Shown here piece by piece: positions 1 through 12,054 of a stretch of 64,000 nt of DNA. Origin of the DNA: Octopus vulgaris (taxonomy: Eukaryota); NCBI GenBank assembly GCA_951406725.2, contig OX597817.1, positions 122,636,001 through 122,700,000 on the forward strand, written 5' to 3'. Within the stretch, counting starts at the first letter, position 1; each line of letters starts with the position of its first letter. The position numbers and the translations under genes were made by a program. The notes below the pieces were generated by a model. It searched no databases. It was not told the origin of the DNA and saw only the letters and a list, made by a program, of their open reading frames with translations.

Positions 1-166
1 CTGTTTATCAGTGTATGTTGAGAACGGGTGGTGGGTGCGTTGAAGATTTTAACGGGTCAGGCAGCGGTCATTCCTGTGGGTGAGGGCACGGGGTGTGTAG
101 ATGTTCTTTGTGACCGAGAGTAAAGTTCTGACTATTTAAAGAATATTGGATGTATTATATGGGGCG
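1..166. repeat. Inverted repeat arm (partner 1172-1337)
   Basis: 166 nt reverse-complement match with no mismatch seen; truncated by window edge. Confidence 0.95.
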
Positions 167-168
167 GG

Positions 169-741
169 ATGTATTATACGGGCACTAGCAATGACAGCAC
201 TCTGATAGATAGTGGAGAATCAGGGGTTATTCCGTTAGTTAATAGTGACGTAGTGGAAAATAAAGTAGTAAGCGGCTGCAGTTCTCGCAACAAATATAGT
301 GACAGTAACGCAGTTCTAATTTCAGAAACTAATCCTAGCAGAATAAGATTTATTTCGGCGAACTCCAAGAGCAGAAACGCCGTCTACCAATGCAAGGTTT
401 ACACGGACTCAGATGTCTACGCTTATGTAGGGGCCTCATCGTCAAGATTGGCTTTACGAATCTCCAACCATTACGCAACTTTTCGAGACATGAATAAACG
501 CCAGACCACGGGACTCAGCAAGCTAATATGGCGATTGAAGAATACGAACTCAAGCTACAGGCTGGAATGGTCAATTTTGTCGGTGGCCCTCCCATTTGAT
601 AGGGGCAGAAGGAAGTGCAACCTTTGTGTCTCCGAACTCTTCCATATATTGTTCGCCAGAGACCGGATGGTAAACGGACTTTTACAGTCGGCTTTTCGAT
701 GCCCCCATTGGCGGCGTTATACTTATCTTGCTTATAAATAA
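169..741 (+). CDS. PLE-type GIY-YIG endonuclease (190 aa, no RT domain)
   Basis: NAVYQCKV...YAYVGASSSRLALRISNH (GIY-YIG hairpin plus Arg/His), TTGLSKLIWRLK, WSIL, KCNLCVSE (catalytic Glu candidate), MVN, FRCPH; uninterrupted frame. Confidence 0.85.
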   Translation: MYYTGTSNDSTLIDSGESGVIPLVNSDVVENKVVSGCSSRNKYSDSNAVLISETNPSRIRFISANSKSRNAVYQCKVYTDSDVYAYVGASSSRLALRISNHYATFRDMNKRQTTGLSKLIWRLKNTNSSYRLEWSILSVALPFDRGRRKCNLCVSELFHILFARDRMVNGLLQSAFRCPHWRRYTYLAYK

Positions 742-1420
742 CGCTTATAAATAATACCTGCACCCGGTTACACTACTTATATGAAAATAGCCCTTGGTAA
801 TAAATTCTGAAAAAGCCTTTAAGAGATATATGACTAACCACTGCAAGGGGAATTACTCCTGTGAGATGAATGGGGCTTTGTTTTTGACGACGGGGGGTTT
901 CTTTGACAAGGCATGATTAGACGAACACACGCACACATAAAACATAAAATATTTTTCTGCCGCCCGACGGTTTTTACTGCAGTGACCATTGTGTAGAGCT
1001 GTCTAACAACTGACAGCCGCGCGATCAAACGCACACACGTACACAAAAAATGTTTTCTACCCCTTGACGGAGTTCTCAGCAGTGACCAGAAAATAGCGCT
1101 TCTTACCAACTTGCGCCAGCACACATATATAGAACAGTAAACACACACAAGTCTCTAAGTAGATTTTGTCTCGCCCCATATAATACATCCAATATTCTTT
1201 AAATAGTCAGAACTTTACTCTCGGTCACAAAGAACATCTACACACCCCGTGCCCTCACCCACAGGAATGACCGCTGCCTGACCCGTTAAAATCTTCAACG
1301 CACCCACCACCCGTTCTCAACATACACTGATAAACAGTTTGGCCATGGGCTCTTAGGAGCCTAGTTCGATTTGTTTTGCTCCGCCTCTGTTCTGTTTTTG
1401 TTTTTTCCAACGGATTTCCT

Positions 1421-1511
1421 ATTTCTTCCTGAAGAGAAAGACACAATATGGTCTCATTATTCAATCGGATTTTGGTAAATTGTGCCTTTCGAAACACGTG
1501 TAGAATGAAAT
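1421..1511 (+). ncRNA. Type I hammerhead ribozyme (PLE-type, palindromic stem III)
   Basis: Stem I atttcttc(1421-28)/gaa-t-gaaat(1503-11); core CTGAAGA 1429-35; stem II gaaagacacaat/attgtgcctttc (11 of 12 bp); GAAA 1491-94; CACGTG; GUA cleavage after 1502. Confidence 0.85.
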
Positions 1512-1585
1512 AAAACGATTTCTGTTCAATCTTCGTTCAGCTCCATTTCTTCAATTCACTAATTATATATATATACATATATATA

Positions 1586-1852
1586 TCACGTGATCGACCA
1601 GACCATCAGATGTTGTTACACATCGCTGGTCACAATGTGTTCGCATTGATTTAGCCTTCGAATGACGCCACCCCACTGGCTAAGCGAGCAGGCCAACAGA
1701 GAAAAGAGTGGGAGAAAGAGTGGTGAAAGAGTACAGCAGGGATCACCCCACCCCTCTGCCGGAGCGTCGTGGAGCTTTTAGGTGTTTTCGCTCAATAAAC
1801 ACTCACAACGCCCGGTCTGGGAATCGAAACCGCGAGTCCGCTGCCGTAACCA
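1586..1852 (-). mobile_element. tRNA-derived SINE family C, 5'-clipped
   Basis: Homologous to the full copy at 28499-28808 (ggttag..gcagcggact, gtttcgattcc B box, cacgtga tail). Confidence 0.85.
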
Positions 1853-1961
1853 ATGAAATTCTTGGGGGCAATGAGAACTCATTAGACATAAGTAAAATTA
1901 TATATATATATATAATTTTACTTATGTCTAATGAGTTCTCAATGTCCCCAAGAATTTCATT
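1852..1961. repeat. 110-bp palindrome centred on (TA)n
   Basis: aatgaaattcttgggggcaatgagaactcattagacataagtaaaat-(ta)n-attttacttatgtctaatgagttctcaatgtccccaagaatttcatt; 2 arm mismatches. Confidence 0.9.
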
Positions 1962-2650
1962 TTTACTTCACTTGGGATAATTTACCCTAGTTCGCCGACC
2001 CTTGAGTTAGATACTCCTGAATGAAATAGCAGCAAAAATTATTTGTCTCGGGGTCAGCAGGACTGTTCGTAACCATTGTTGTGTAGCGGATCTTTTCTGT
2101 TTGCATTCACTTTTAGAAATTTTAAAATTAAGTAAAGATTTCCAAATTTGGTGTAGTATTGATGTAATTTTTTTTTTTTTACGCTGACTCTCAGGTCGCT
2201 ATTCACTTGTTCCAGAATGAGGAAAAAAAAAAAGTTACAGAGATTTGAAGTTTGATAATTTTTACCCAATCAGAAAACAGGATTTGGGAGCTGTCATTTT
2301 GTGCGTGACGACAATCTTACAACGACAAAGTATTCATGGCAACATTACAGCTAGAAAACATGTTTTAAGCATTTTATAAGCACTTAATGCGAAATATGAT
2401 AATAAAAATTAAACACACTTCAAAGATTTTAACACACAAATTATATGTGCGCGTTTGTGTGTGTTAATATTATGTATGTATGAATGCATAAAATTTCTTG
2501 TGCCAAAAATTACAAATGGTAAATAGAATTAGCAAATGAAAAACCAACGGAAATATAGTTTCCTTGAAGCATTTAAATACGAAAAATGACCAGGAATAAA
2601 CGAACTTCAAAGAGAGGAATTCTGCTTTAAGCACATCATATAACCCTTCG

Positions 2651-2681
<31 letters not shown>

Positions 2682-3114
2682 TTTTTGGAGAGTTTTCAGA
2701 AAATCTTTGCGAGTTTGTGTTCTACACGTGGGAATTCATACGACTATATAAAAAAAAAGTATAAGTTAAGCGGTATTTGGCTGTTACTTTTAGCACATCT
2801 TACGACCACCTCATGCCGTACTCGTTCGTTTACCATTCTGACATGTTGATATTCTTCGGTATCTTTCTCCCCATAAAACATTTAATAGTCTATGGCTGGG
2901 ATTTAAGCCAAAATTTCGGACTTCCGTATTTTAAACTCTGATTAAAATAAATTTAGAATAAAAAAAAAAAAGAGCAATGAAAAATATGAAGTACAATTTC
3001 CTCGAGTGTTATACAAAAGAGTTCCACAAGCTTGGCTTGTTACAATGGAAACAGGCACCAATTTGTCTTTGGCTTTTGAATGGTTAAACTTACCCAAAAT
3101 TTGCAAATTTTGGG

Positions 3115-3263
3115 AGCGTAGGAGTGGCTGTGTGGTAAGTAGCTTGCTCAAAACCACATGGTTCCGGGTTCATTCCCACTGCGTGGTACCTTGGGCAAGT
3201 GTCTTCATCCCGACCAAAGGCTTGTGAGTGGATTTATTAGACGGAAACTGAAAGAAGCCCGTC

Positions 3264-3304
<41 letters not shown>

Positions 3305-3322
3305 TACGACGGGGAAGCCCGT

Positions 3323-3370
<48 letters not shown>

Positions 3371-3637
3371 TACGACGGGCTTCTTTCAGTTTACCATAGC
3401 CTCGTCAACTTTGACGAGGCTATGGTAAACTGAAAGAAGCCCGTCGTATGTTGGATGGACAAACACAGGCACACAAACATATATATATATATATATGTTT
3501 GTGTGTCTGTGTTTGTCCATCCAACATCGCTTGACAACCGATACTGGTGTGTTTACATCAAAAAGAGACCGATAGAATAAGGCGGTGCTCCAGCATGGCC
3601 ACAGTCAAATGCCTGAAACAAGTAAAAGAGTAAAGAG
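3115..3637 (+). mobile_element. tRNA-derived SINE family A with internal fold-back rearrangements
   Basis: A box tggctgtgtggt, B box gggttcattccc, internal (TA)n/(TG)n, tail ctccagcatggccacagtc..tgaaacaagtaaaagag. Confidence 0.9.
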
Positions 3638-4300
3638 CTATTAACTGTTTATATATTGATTTATGGCGAAAATGAATTGCATTTCAATAACTATCATACA
3701 AAACTATATCAATGCACCAAATTTGAAATCATTTACGGAAAAAAAAAGCGGAACCCCAACAGAAAAGATCCGACGTAGCTTATGTCAAGGATGGCAAATT
3801 GTGACGGATGTTTGCTAGCTTACTCCATCGTGGGTCACCAACTTTTACGAGGTTATGGTATTAACGAAAGATGTGAAATGCTGGTAGTTGATTTAGATTC
3901 TGGCTGCGTATAATGATGTACGACACTCGTTAACAATTTATTCACCACACAAAGTATTTTCTATGTTAGTCTTAAATTAAAAATACAACAAAGTTTATGC
4001 AGTGAAAGGACAATTCTGTATTTATTACAAAGCAGTTGGTTGAGTAGGCTTTGTGAATATACTGTCACGACAGGAGAAAATACCACGCTGTGTTCATGAA
4101 TGCAACACTACAACTGCTGTCTACTCGGTTGAGTAAGGAGTCATTAGAACGACCGTTGAATGCTGCAAAATGAGAAAGTGGTTTGCACGGCGGCGTTTCT
4201 CCACAAACTGAAATTTGGTGGCTAAATCATGCCTATTTATAAGCCTCGTTAAAAGACGTGCTAGCCGATTCTAGAAAGTTGCATCACGCGTTGTCACAAT

Positions 4301-4666
4301 GTTGGTTGGTTGGCATCCTTTCTGTCTCGGGAAACAATGGAGTTGCGCACGAAGTAGTCTAGTCCGGCTCTTATATTTCATGTCCTGATACATTTCCTGT
4401 TGTGGCTGTGTAGTCCTATCCTGGACAAACACTCCCTCTGGCAGGTACCGCAAATGTAGCGAAGACTGTTCCTGGCTGGTTGTAGTGCCATAGTCTCTTG
4501 TTGACGTCTCTTCCTTTCTTTCCATTTCTCCTCTCTCTCTCTCTCTGTCACTCCTTTGTATTCCCTCTTTTACGGTACGTCGCCATCCTCCACGGTTGCC
4601 GGCAACTGCCTCCCAACCGCTAATATTGATGTTGCAGGCCTTCATGTCCCTTTTGCAAACATCCTT
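4301..4666 (-). mobile_element. RTE-clade LINE 3' fragment (C2H2-ended type)
   Basis: KDVCKRDMKACNINISGWEAVAGNRGGWRRTVKEG, then frameshifted CGTCQRECLSRIGLHSHNRKC finger; (CAAC)n tail. Confidence 0.85.
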
Positions 4667-4671
4667 ATTTG

Positions 4672-4792
4672 ATTACATCCATACATACATACATATATAC
4701 ATACACTCGTTTACATACATACACACGCACGCATACACACATACCTGTCCTACAACTCGTGCGCGCACGCTCACACACCTGTCCCACTGAAC
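4672..4792. repeat. ~120-bp inverted duplication of 6189-6313
   Basis: Shared non-microsatellite core acctgtcctacaactcgtg..acctgtcccactgaac in opposite orientation. Confidence 0.85.
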
Positions 4793-5335
4793 CAATGTTG
4801 ATTGGTCAGTTAATCGGCCGACCACATGAAGTAGCTGTTACTAAACTGTAGCTTTTACTTGGCAATTTGTCGATTCAGTTTCAGATCTGTTGCAATGCCG
4901 AGCGAGTCTAAAGCACTGACTAGCGATTCAGTCCAAATGTTTGCAACCGGTGACGGAAATAGTATAGAAAAAGGAGCTAGAGGTTTGCTAAGGTCTGTAT
5001 GAGAGGCAGATGCTGGAAAGGTGAGACATTACTCTAAAGGCCACTGTAACTCCGTGAGTTGAAAAGTTGAATACCACCCCTTGCTTACCCAATCTCCCTA
5101 TTTCTAGCATTGTTCGCAACAAAGTGGATGCAACTAAAGGCACAAAGTGATGATTTTAAACAGTGCAACAAATTACGTTGTATACGCATGTGTGAATGTT
5201 TGTGTGTCAACGGAAATGATGTGTTGATTTTTTTTCACGTAAGTGTATGTGAGTTAGAGTACATGCTTGCATATTTAAGTGTGCATCAGGTGTCCTAATC
5301 TCTTCGCATACATATGAGCCTGCAAGCGAGCGAGC

Positions 5336-5390
<55 letters not shown>

Positions 5391-6988
5391 GGAGGGAAAG
5401 AAAGAAATAGCAAGTGTGTGTGTGTATGTGTGTCTGTGTGCTTGATTGCATAAGGTGTGTTAATCTGCTTATAGCTATACAGGTGAGATAGTGCATACGC
5501 GCGCGCCTGTCTGTGTGTGTGTGTGTGTGTGTGCTAAACTGCATGATGAGATAATCTGTTGATGCGAGTATGCGAGTGTATATAAGAAAAGAGCGCTTGC
5601 GCGTGCACATTAGGGGACTGTAGCGAGTGAACAGCGTTAATCCCTTCCCGTATGCGTATCCGAACAAGCGTATCTATGCACAAATCTGAATAGGGCATGC
5701 TAATCCTTATCATAATATGCATGAATGCTAAAGTGCAGTAGTGCATGGGTCGTACTAATCTACAGGCGTATGTTTCGATGCATAATAATGCCTATGTGTG
5801 CAGCGTATTGGACTGCAAGATTTGTGTGGTGTAATACTTTCTATCTCTGCCTCCGCAAACAACTGTATGCGTTTCTATGTGTCAGACGCTTGAGATGTGC
5901 TTATCTTTAAATGTGATATATATATATATATTTATGCACCACTGTGCATCTATGTGTGTGCGTGAATGCATGATACGTATTAATTATTTTTGCGAGCAAG
6001 TGTAAATGTGTGTGTGTGTGTGTGTGTGTACGTATATGTCAACAATCGTTTGTATATCAACGTATTTTGTATGCGCGATATGAATGTATGAGTTAGCGCG
6101 CCAGAGTGAGTGATGTATGTGATGTGATGTATATGTTGTGACTGACGCATGTATGCTTTCGTAACCGTACTCTTTTGTATGTGTATATGTTCAGTGGGAC
6201 AGGTGTGTGTGTGTGCGTGCGCCCACGAGTTGTAGGACAGGTATGTGTGTATGCGTGCGTGTGTATGTATGTAAGCGAGTGTATGTATACATGTATGTAT
6301 GTATGGATGTAATTACGTGTGCTTGCTTGTTTGTTTGTGAGTATATATATATATATACGGCCGAATATATATATATTAGATTTGCTAATCTGTTTAAGCA
6401 TGTTTTTGTGCTTTTGAGAGAATGGTGAGTGCGTGCACCTTTGCATACGTAACTGTATAGTCGCGAGTATGCATGCATGTATGTGCGTGCGAGCGTGTTG
6501 CAGTGCATGGTGTGTGTGTTAATATATCGATGCATGCGTATATGAGTGAGTCTGTCTGTCTCTGTATCTGTTACTCTGTGTGTATGTGTGTGTGTGTGTA
6601 TGTGTGTGTGTGTGTGTGTGTGCATGCGTGTGTGTGTATGTGTACGTATGCTGCACCTCATGGCATATATTAATCTTTCCTTGCATGTGTAATCGGGATA
6701 ATGTGCAAACATGCATCTACAAAGGCATATGGGGGCATGTATGTGTGTATGAGGCGTGTGTGCATGTTGCATGCGTACGCATGTTACAGTGCAGTGGAGC
6801 ATGCAATATTAATCTACTGATGGATGTATTTGTATGGTCGCATGCATGCCAGAGCGCAGAGCGTGGTGCATCTGCATACATATTACAGGGCAGTAGTGCA
6901 CGCAGTGTTAATCTATTCCTGTGTGTATAAATATATATATATAGCTGCTACACTGCAGTTGTGTAATTACAGTATTAATCTATTCTTG

Positions 6989-7022
<34 letters not shown>

Positions 7023-7527
7023 AAGGGTCATGAGTGGGCACATCTGTCCATGCCGCAGTGCATTAGTACAGCAGTGTATGTTAGCATGCAATGTTTATAT
7101 ATTTATATCTGCATGCAGTGACATAATAAAATGACGTCTCTTTAATTTTCCTTTCCCCCTCCTCCCACCCTCTTCATTATTCTCTCCATATTTCTCCCCC
7201 TCTTTTGCTCTCACTTCCACACCTATTCTTTCTCTGTCTCTCTGTCTCTCTCTCTCTCTCTTCCTTCCCTCTTTTAACTTCTTTTCCTGCCTTATCATTC
7301 CCACTCTTACACACCCGTCTCCTCTCTCTCTCTCCTTTCATTCTTTCCCCTCACTACCTTTCTCTTTCATTCTCTCCCTTTCTGTGGCTCTCCCTTTCTA
7401 TGTCTCTCTCTCTATCATGTTATCCACTTCCTTCTCTTATAGACTCTGTCACCATCCATCTTTTCTTCTCTTTCTTTCGTCCATATTCTTCCTTACTCAA
7501 CATTTCTATGTCCTACTACCCAACCGT

Positions 7528-7770
7528 GTCCATCTAACCCAGTAGTCTCCCCTTACTATATACCACCTTCACTCATGTCCATTTAATCTAGTTGACTCCT
7601 GTTCCCTTCCCGCTCTGTCTCCTCTACCTTATACCATTCACGAATAGGTCCACCTAACCCAGTAGTCTCCCCTTACTGTACATCATCATCAATGAAGCAC
7701 TTCTAACTCAATACTCCCCCATCCTTCTAACACCATTCATTTAGGGTCACCCAAACTAGTAGTCTTTCCC
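7528..7770. repeat. Degenerate ~120-bp minisatellite
   Basis: gtcca(t/c)ctaacccagtagtctccccttact at 7528 and 7648, weaker third copy near 7750. Confidence 0.6.
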
Positions 7771-8502
7771 TTTCATCTTGTCTGTATCCTCTATCAGTGT
7801 CTGATCCTTCTACCCCTTTGAAGCATCCCTCTAAATTTCTTTTCCAACCCACTAACCTGTTTGATATCTAAACCAAACATCAGTTACATTAATTTCACCA
7901 GCCTTAGGGGACCTACAAAGATCATATGCAAAGCTTTACTTCCTTTGACAAAATTATAGTTGATGCCTGATGGGTTTAAGAAATTAAACAGTTAAAAATA
8001 TTTGGTTTTACAGGAAAGACAATTTGTTTTGTTTATAAAAGTCACAAGAAATATGTTTGATTTACATACAGAAACAAATTGTTTTTTACAAAATTGCAGT
8101 TTACTAAAATTTATGTGTTTGAGAAGCAAAAATAGAACAAAAAAAAACCCCCAGATGTTTTACAAAAACAGAAAAGAAACATAGATTTAGATGAAACTTT
8201 GCATCACAACAACCTTGTATCTCCAGATGAACATATTGGCCCAATTATGTCAGTGTATAGTATCAATGTATAGATGTGAGCAGATAGATAAACTAAAGAA
8301 AAACTGGTGAAAATATAAATAGAAATAAAATGATATACAGCATGGTTTACATATTGTTGATTAACCTATGCTGGTAGGGCAAAGTGACTGATGAATATAT
8401 CTTAAGATAAATTATATATATGGGCATGCACTTGTGTGTATGCATGCATATATGCATTTCTACATATGCTTGTCTACATATGCATGCATGCATATACATA
8501 AA

Positions 8503-8896
8503 CTCTTTTACTTGTTTCAGTCATTTGACTGCGGTCATGTTGGAACACTGTCTTAATAATCGAGCAAATCGACCCCAGAGCTTAATCTTTGTAAGCCTAG
8601 TACTTATTCTATTGGTCTCTTTTGCCGAACCGCTAGGTTACGGGGATGTAAACACACCAGCATCGGTTGTCAAGCGATGCTGGAATGACAAACATACACG
8701 CACACACGCAAACACACACACACATATATACACATATACGATGAGCTTCTTCCTGTTTCCATCTACCAAATCCTCTCACAAGGCTTTGGTCGGCCCCGAG
8801 GCTATAGCAGAAGACACTTGCCCAAGGTGCCACGCAGTGAACCCGGGACCATGTGGTTGGTAAGCAAGCTACTTACCACACAGCCCTTCCTGCGCC
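8503..8896 (-). mobile_element. SINE family A
   Basis: Near full-length reverse copy of the family A consensus. Confidence 0.9.
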
Positions 8897-9141
8897 TATA
8901 TATATATATATATATAGGTACAAGCATAGCTGTGTGGTAAGAAGCTTGCTTCCCAACTACATGGTACTGGCCTGAGTTCCACTGCATGGCACCTTAGGCT
9001 ATCCAAAGCCTTGCTAGTGGATTTGGTAGATGGAAACTGGAAGAAACCTGTCATATATGTGTATGTATATATATATATATATAGTCCAACCCATGCTAGC
9101 ATGGAAAACGGACGCTAAACGATGATGATGATGATGATATA

Positions 9142-10761
9142 CAGTTGCGGCCAAAATGTTAAGAACGGCATTGTTTTCGTCAGAAAAGTAAGTATAAGTT
9201 TTTATCAAAGTAGTTTTATATTCTATAATTTTCACAAACAATAAATACAATATTAATTGTTATTGTCTGAGATTTTGGTGTAATTTGAGAGGATAATACA
9301 AAAGTCATCGATGATTTAGTGATTTACTGCAAAACCCATGGCGGCCAAAATGATGAGAACGGTTGAAAAAATAACAAAATAATCAAAAATGACAGAGAAT
9401 ACTGGAATTATTTAATATTTAGTGTAAAGCCCTTTAGCTTCAATCACACTCTGACATCTTTGAATGCATGAGGAACTTAAATTTTCAATTTCTTGCTGGG
9501 TGATCTTATTCCATTCTTCCTGAAGGGCATTCCATAATTGCTCAGTTGTTTTAGGATTTCTGGCTTTCGAACGTTCTCCTAGAATATTCCATAGATTTTC
9601 AATAGGATTGAGATCTGGGCTTTGAGCAGGCCAATCCATAACAATAACCTTTTCAGCCATAAGGAAGTTCATGACCACCTTAGCCTTGTGACATGGGGTA
9701 TTGTCCTGCATGAATATGGGTGGTCGCTTAGTTGAATTGCTCAGCACAGGCAAGACATGATCTTTTACAAGTTCTTTATAAACTCCTGCATTTACCTTTC
9801 CATGTAATCACACCAAAGGGCCCGCACCATCTCCAGATATCATCCCCCAAACCACGACACTTCCTCCACCGAATTTAACACTAGTCTTAAAGCATTTAGG
9901 CGACAATTTTTCACCTACTTTTCTACGAACGTACCTTTTCCCATCTGAGCCAAATAACATAAACTTAGATTTATCACTGAAATGCACCGTTTGCCATTTT
10001 TCTTGAGACCACAACACATGTTTGGTTGCAAAGGTAAGACGACACTTTTATTCTTGGAGCTGATCAGTGGCTTCACTGCAGATGCTCTTGCTTGTAGGTC
10101 ATGTTCAACTAAACAACGAGACAGTTTTTCGAGATAAAGTTTTCTTCAATACAATGCTCATTTTCCGAGAAACAGCAGTAGCAGTTTTAAATCTGTCCTT
10201 TTTAACCAACTTTACCATAGCACGATCTTCTCTCTTGGTCGTTTTTCTTGGCCTACCTGTAAACTTGCTTGCTTCACACGAACCACAATCATCGTAGACC
10301 TTAAGAATACCGTGTACAACACTTTTTGACTTGTTAACAATCTTTGCAATAGATCCAATACTTAAATTATCCTTCCTTCAAAGCTTAATAATCTGCTGAC
10401 GAATAGGTAATGGAGTAAGTGGCATTATATTAACAAAGTACACTGCAAATATTCTTACTAATGTTTAGTAAACGAACCGTCACGTAAAGAAATTCAAAAC
10501 ATTAGAGTTTGCAGGTTAAATATACTAAAACACAGTAAAAGCAACCGTTCTGATCATTTTGGCCACCATGGGTTTTGCAGTAATCACTAAATCATCCATA
10601 ACTTTTGTATTATCCTCTCAAATTACACCAAAATCACAGACAATAACAAATAATATCGTATTTATTGTCTGTGAAAATTATAGAATATAACACAACTTTG
10701 ATAAAAAATTATACTTACTTTTCTGACGAAAACAATGCCGTTCTCAACATTTTGGCCGCCA

Positions 10762-10764
<3 letters not shown>
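9142..10764 (-). mobile_element. Tc1-family DNA transposon, full length, IR/DR type
   Basis: TA-flanked cagt(t/g)gcggccaaaatg termini; ~220-bp TIRs (9142-~9365, ~10542-10764), each with two gcggccaaaatg..agaacgg direct repeats. Confidence 0.95.
9412..10425 (-). pseudogene. DD34E Tc1 transposase, disrupted
   Basis: MPLTPLPIRQQIIKL*..., GRPRKTT, VHFSDKSKF, VVVWGMIS, FMQDNTPCH-x-SPDLNPIENLW (34 aa between D and E); stops and a frameshift. Confidence 0.93.
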
Positions 10765-10817
<53 letters not shown>

Positions 10818-11006
10818 ATATATATATATGTGTGTGTATATATATATATTTATATATATATATATATATATATGTGTGTATATATATGTGTATATATATA
10901 TGTGTATATATATGTGTATATATATGTGTGTATATATATATATATGTGTGTATATATATATATATGTGTGTGTATATATATGTATATATATGTATATATA
11001 TATATA

Positions 11007-11061
<55 letters not shown>

Positions 11062-11080
11062 CATGCATATATACACACAT
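10765..11080. repeat. Compound (TA)n/(TG)n microsatellite
   Basis: Direct reading. Confidence 0.95.
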
Positions 11081-11698
11081 CTATGTATGTGTATCATTGT
11101 CTCTGAGTTTGTCTCCCACCACTGCTTGACAACTGGTATTGGTGTGTTTACATCCCCATAACTTGGCTTGACAAAAAGAGACCGATAGCATAAGTGCCAG
11201 GCTTAACAAAAAAATAAGTATTGGAGTAGAATCATTCGACTAAAAATTCTTCAAGGCAGTGCTCCAACATGGCCATACTCTAATGACTGATAAAAGTAAA
11301 AGGGACATTTTCTTTACTTGCTGATATTCTTCAGCTATTGCAAGCATGTTTAATACAGAAGAGAACACTATTGGTGTAAGCTGAAGATTGTCACAGAATC
11401 TTTTGATCATTCAAAGGTAGCAACCCTCATAGACTGGATTATGAGACTGTGATTAAAAAGAACCTTTACGTGGCCATGTAGAGTCGAATTAATAGAATTA
11501 TATATATTAAATGAAATGAAATAATGAAAAAAGAAATTAAAATGAAGAAATTAAGGAATTAAAAATATTAAAAGATTGAAATATTAAAGCATAAAAATTA
11601 GAATTAAATTTTAAATTAATCTGCCTTTTAATTCCAGTAATATTGAAGTCTATTTCATTTGTTGTTACACATGTGGTTTGTATATATATATATATATA

Positions 11699-12041
11699 GG
11701 TGCAGGAGTGGCTGTGGTAAGTAGCTTGTTTACCAACCACATGGTTCCGGGTTCAGCCTTGTGAGTGGATTTGGTAGACGGAAACTGAAAAGAAGCCTGT
11801 CGTATATATGTATATATATATATGCATGTGTGTCTGTGTTTGTCCCCTTAGCATTGCTTGACAACTGATGCTGGTGTGTTTATGTCCCCGTTAGTTAGCG
11901 GTTCGGCGAAAGAGACCGATATAATAAGTACTGGGCTTACAAAAGAATAAGTCCCAGGGTTGAGTTGCTCGATTAAAGGCAGTGCTCCAGCATGGCCACA
12001 GTCAAATGACTGAAACAAGTAAAAGAGTAAAAAGAGAAAGA
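11699..12041 (+). mobile_element. SINE family A (internal deletion)
   Basis: Head ggtgcaggagtggctgtggtaag through gtaaaagag tail. Confidence 0.9.
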
Positions 12042-12054
12042 GTATATATATCAT

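Larger units (their letters stand above)
1..1562 (+). mobile_element. Penelope-like retroelement unit (GIY-YIG ORF, long 3' region, hammerhead) with inverted copy of its 3' region at the 5' side; left end outside window
   Basis: GIY-YIG ORF 169-741; hammerhead 1421-1511; 1-166 is the exact reverse complement of 1172-1337; right end abuts (TA)n; CpG-rich, so apparently young. Confidence 0.85.

Noticed and set aside
2260-2345. CCAAT plus X-box-like gtattcatggcaac promoter
   Set aside because: Motif-only evidence with no linked exon.
10662-11161. YI/HT-repeat ORFs (also near 6.2, 29.6, 39.8 and 60.6 kb)
   Set aside because: Dinucleotide microsatellite artefacts.
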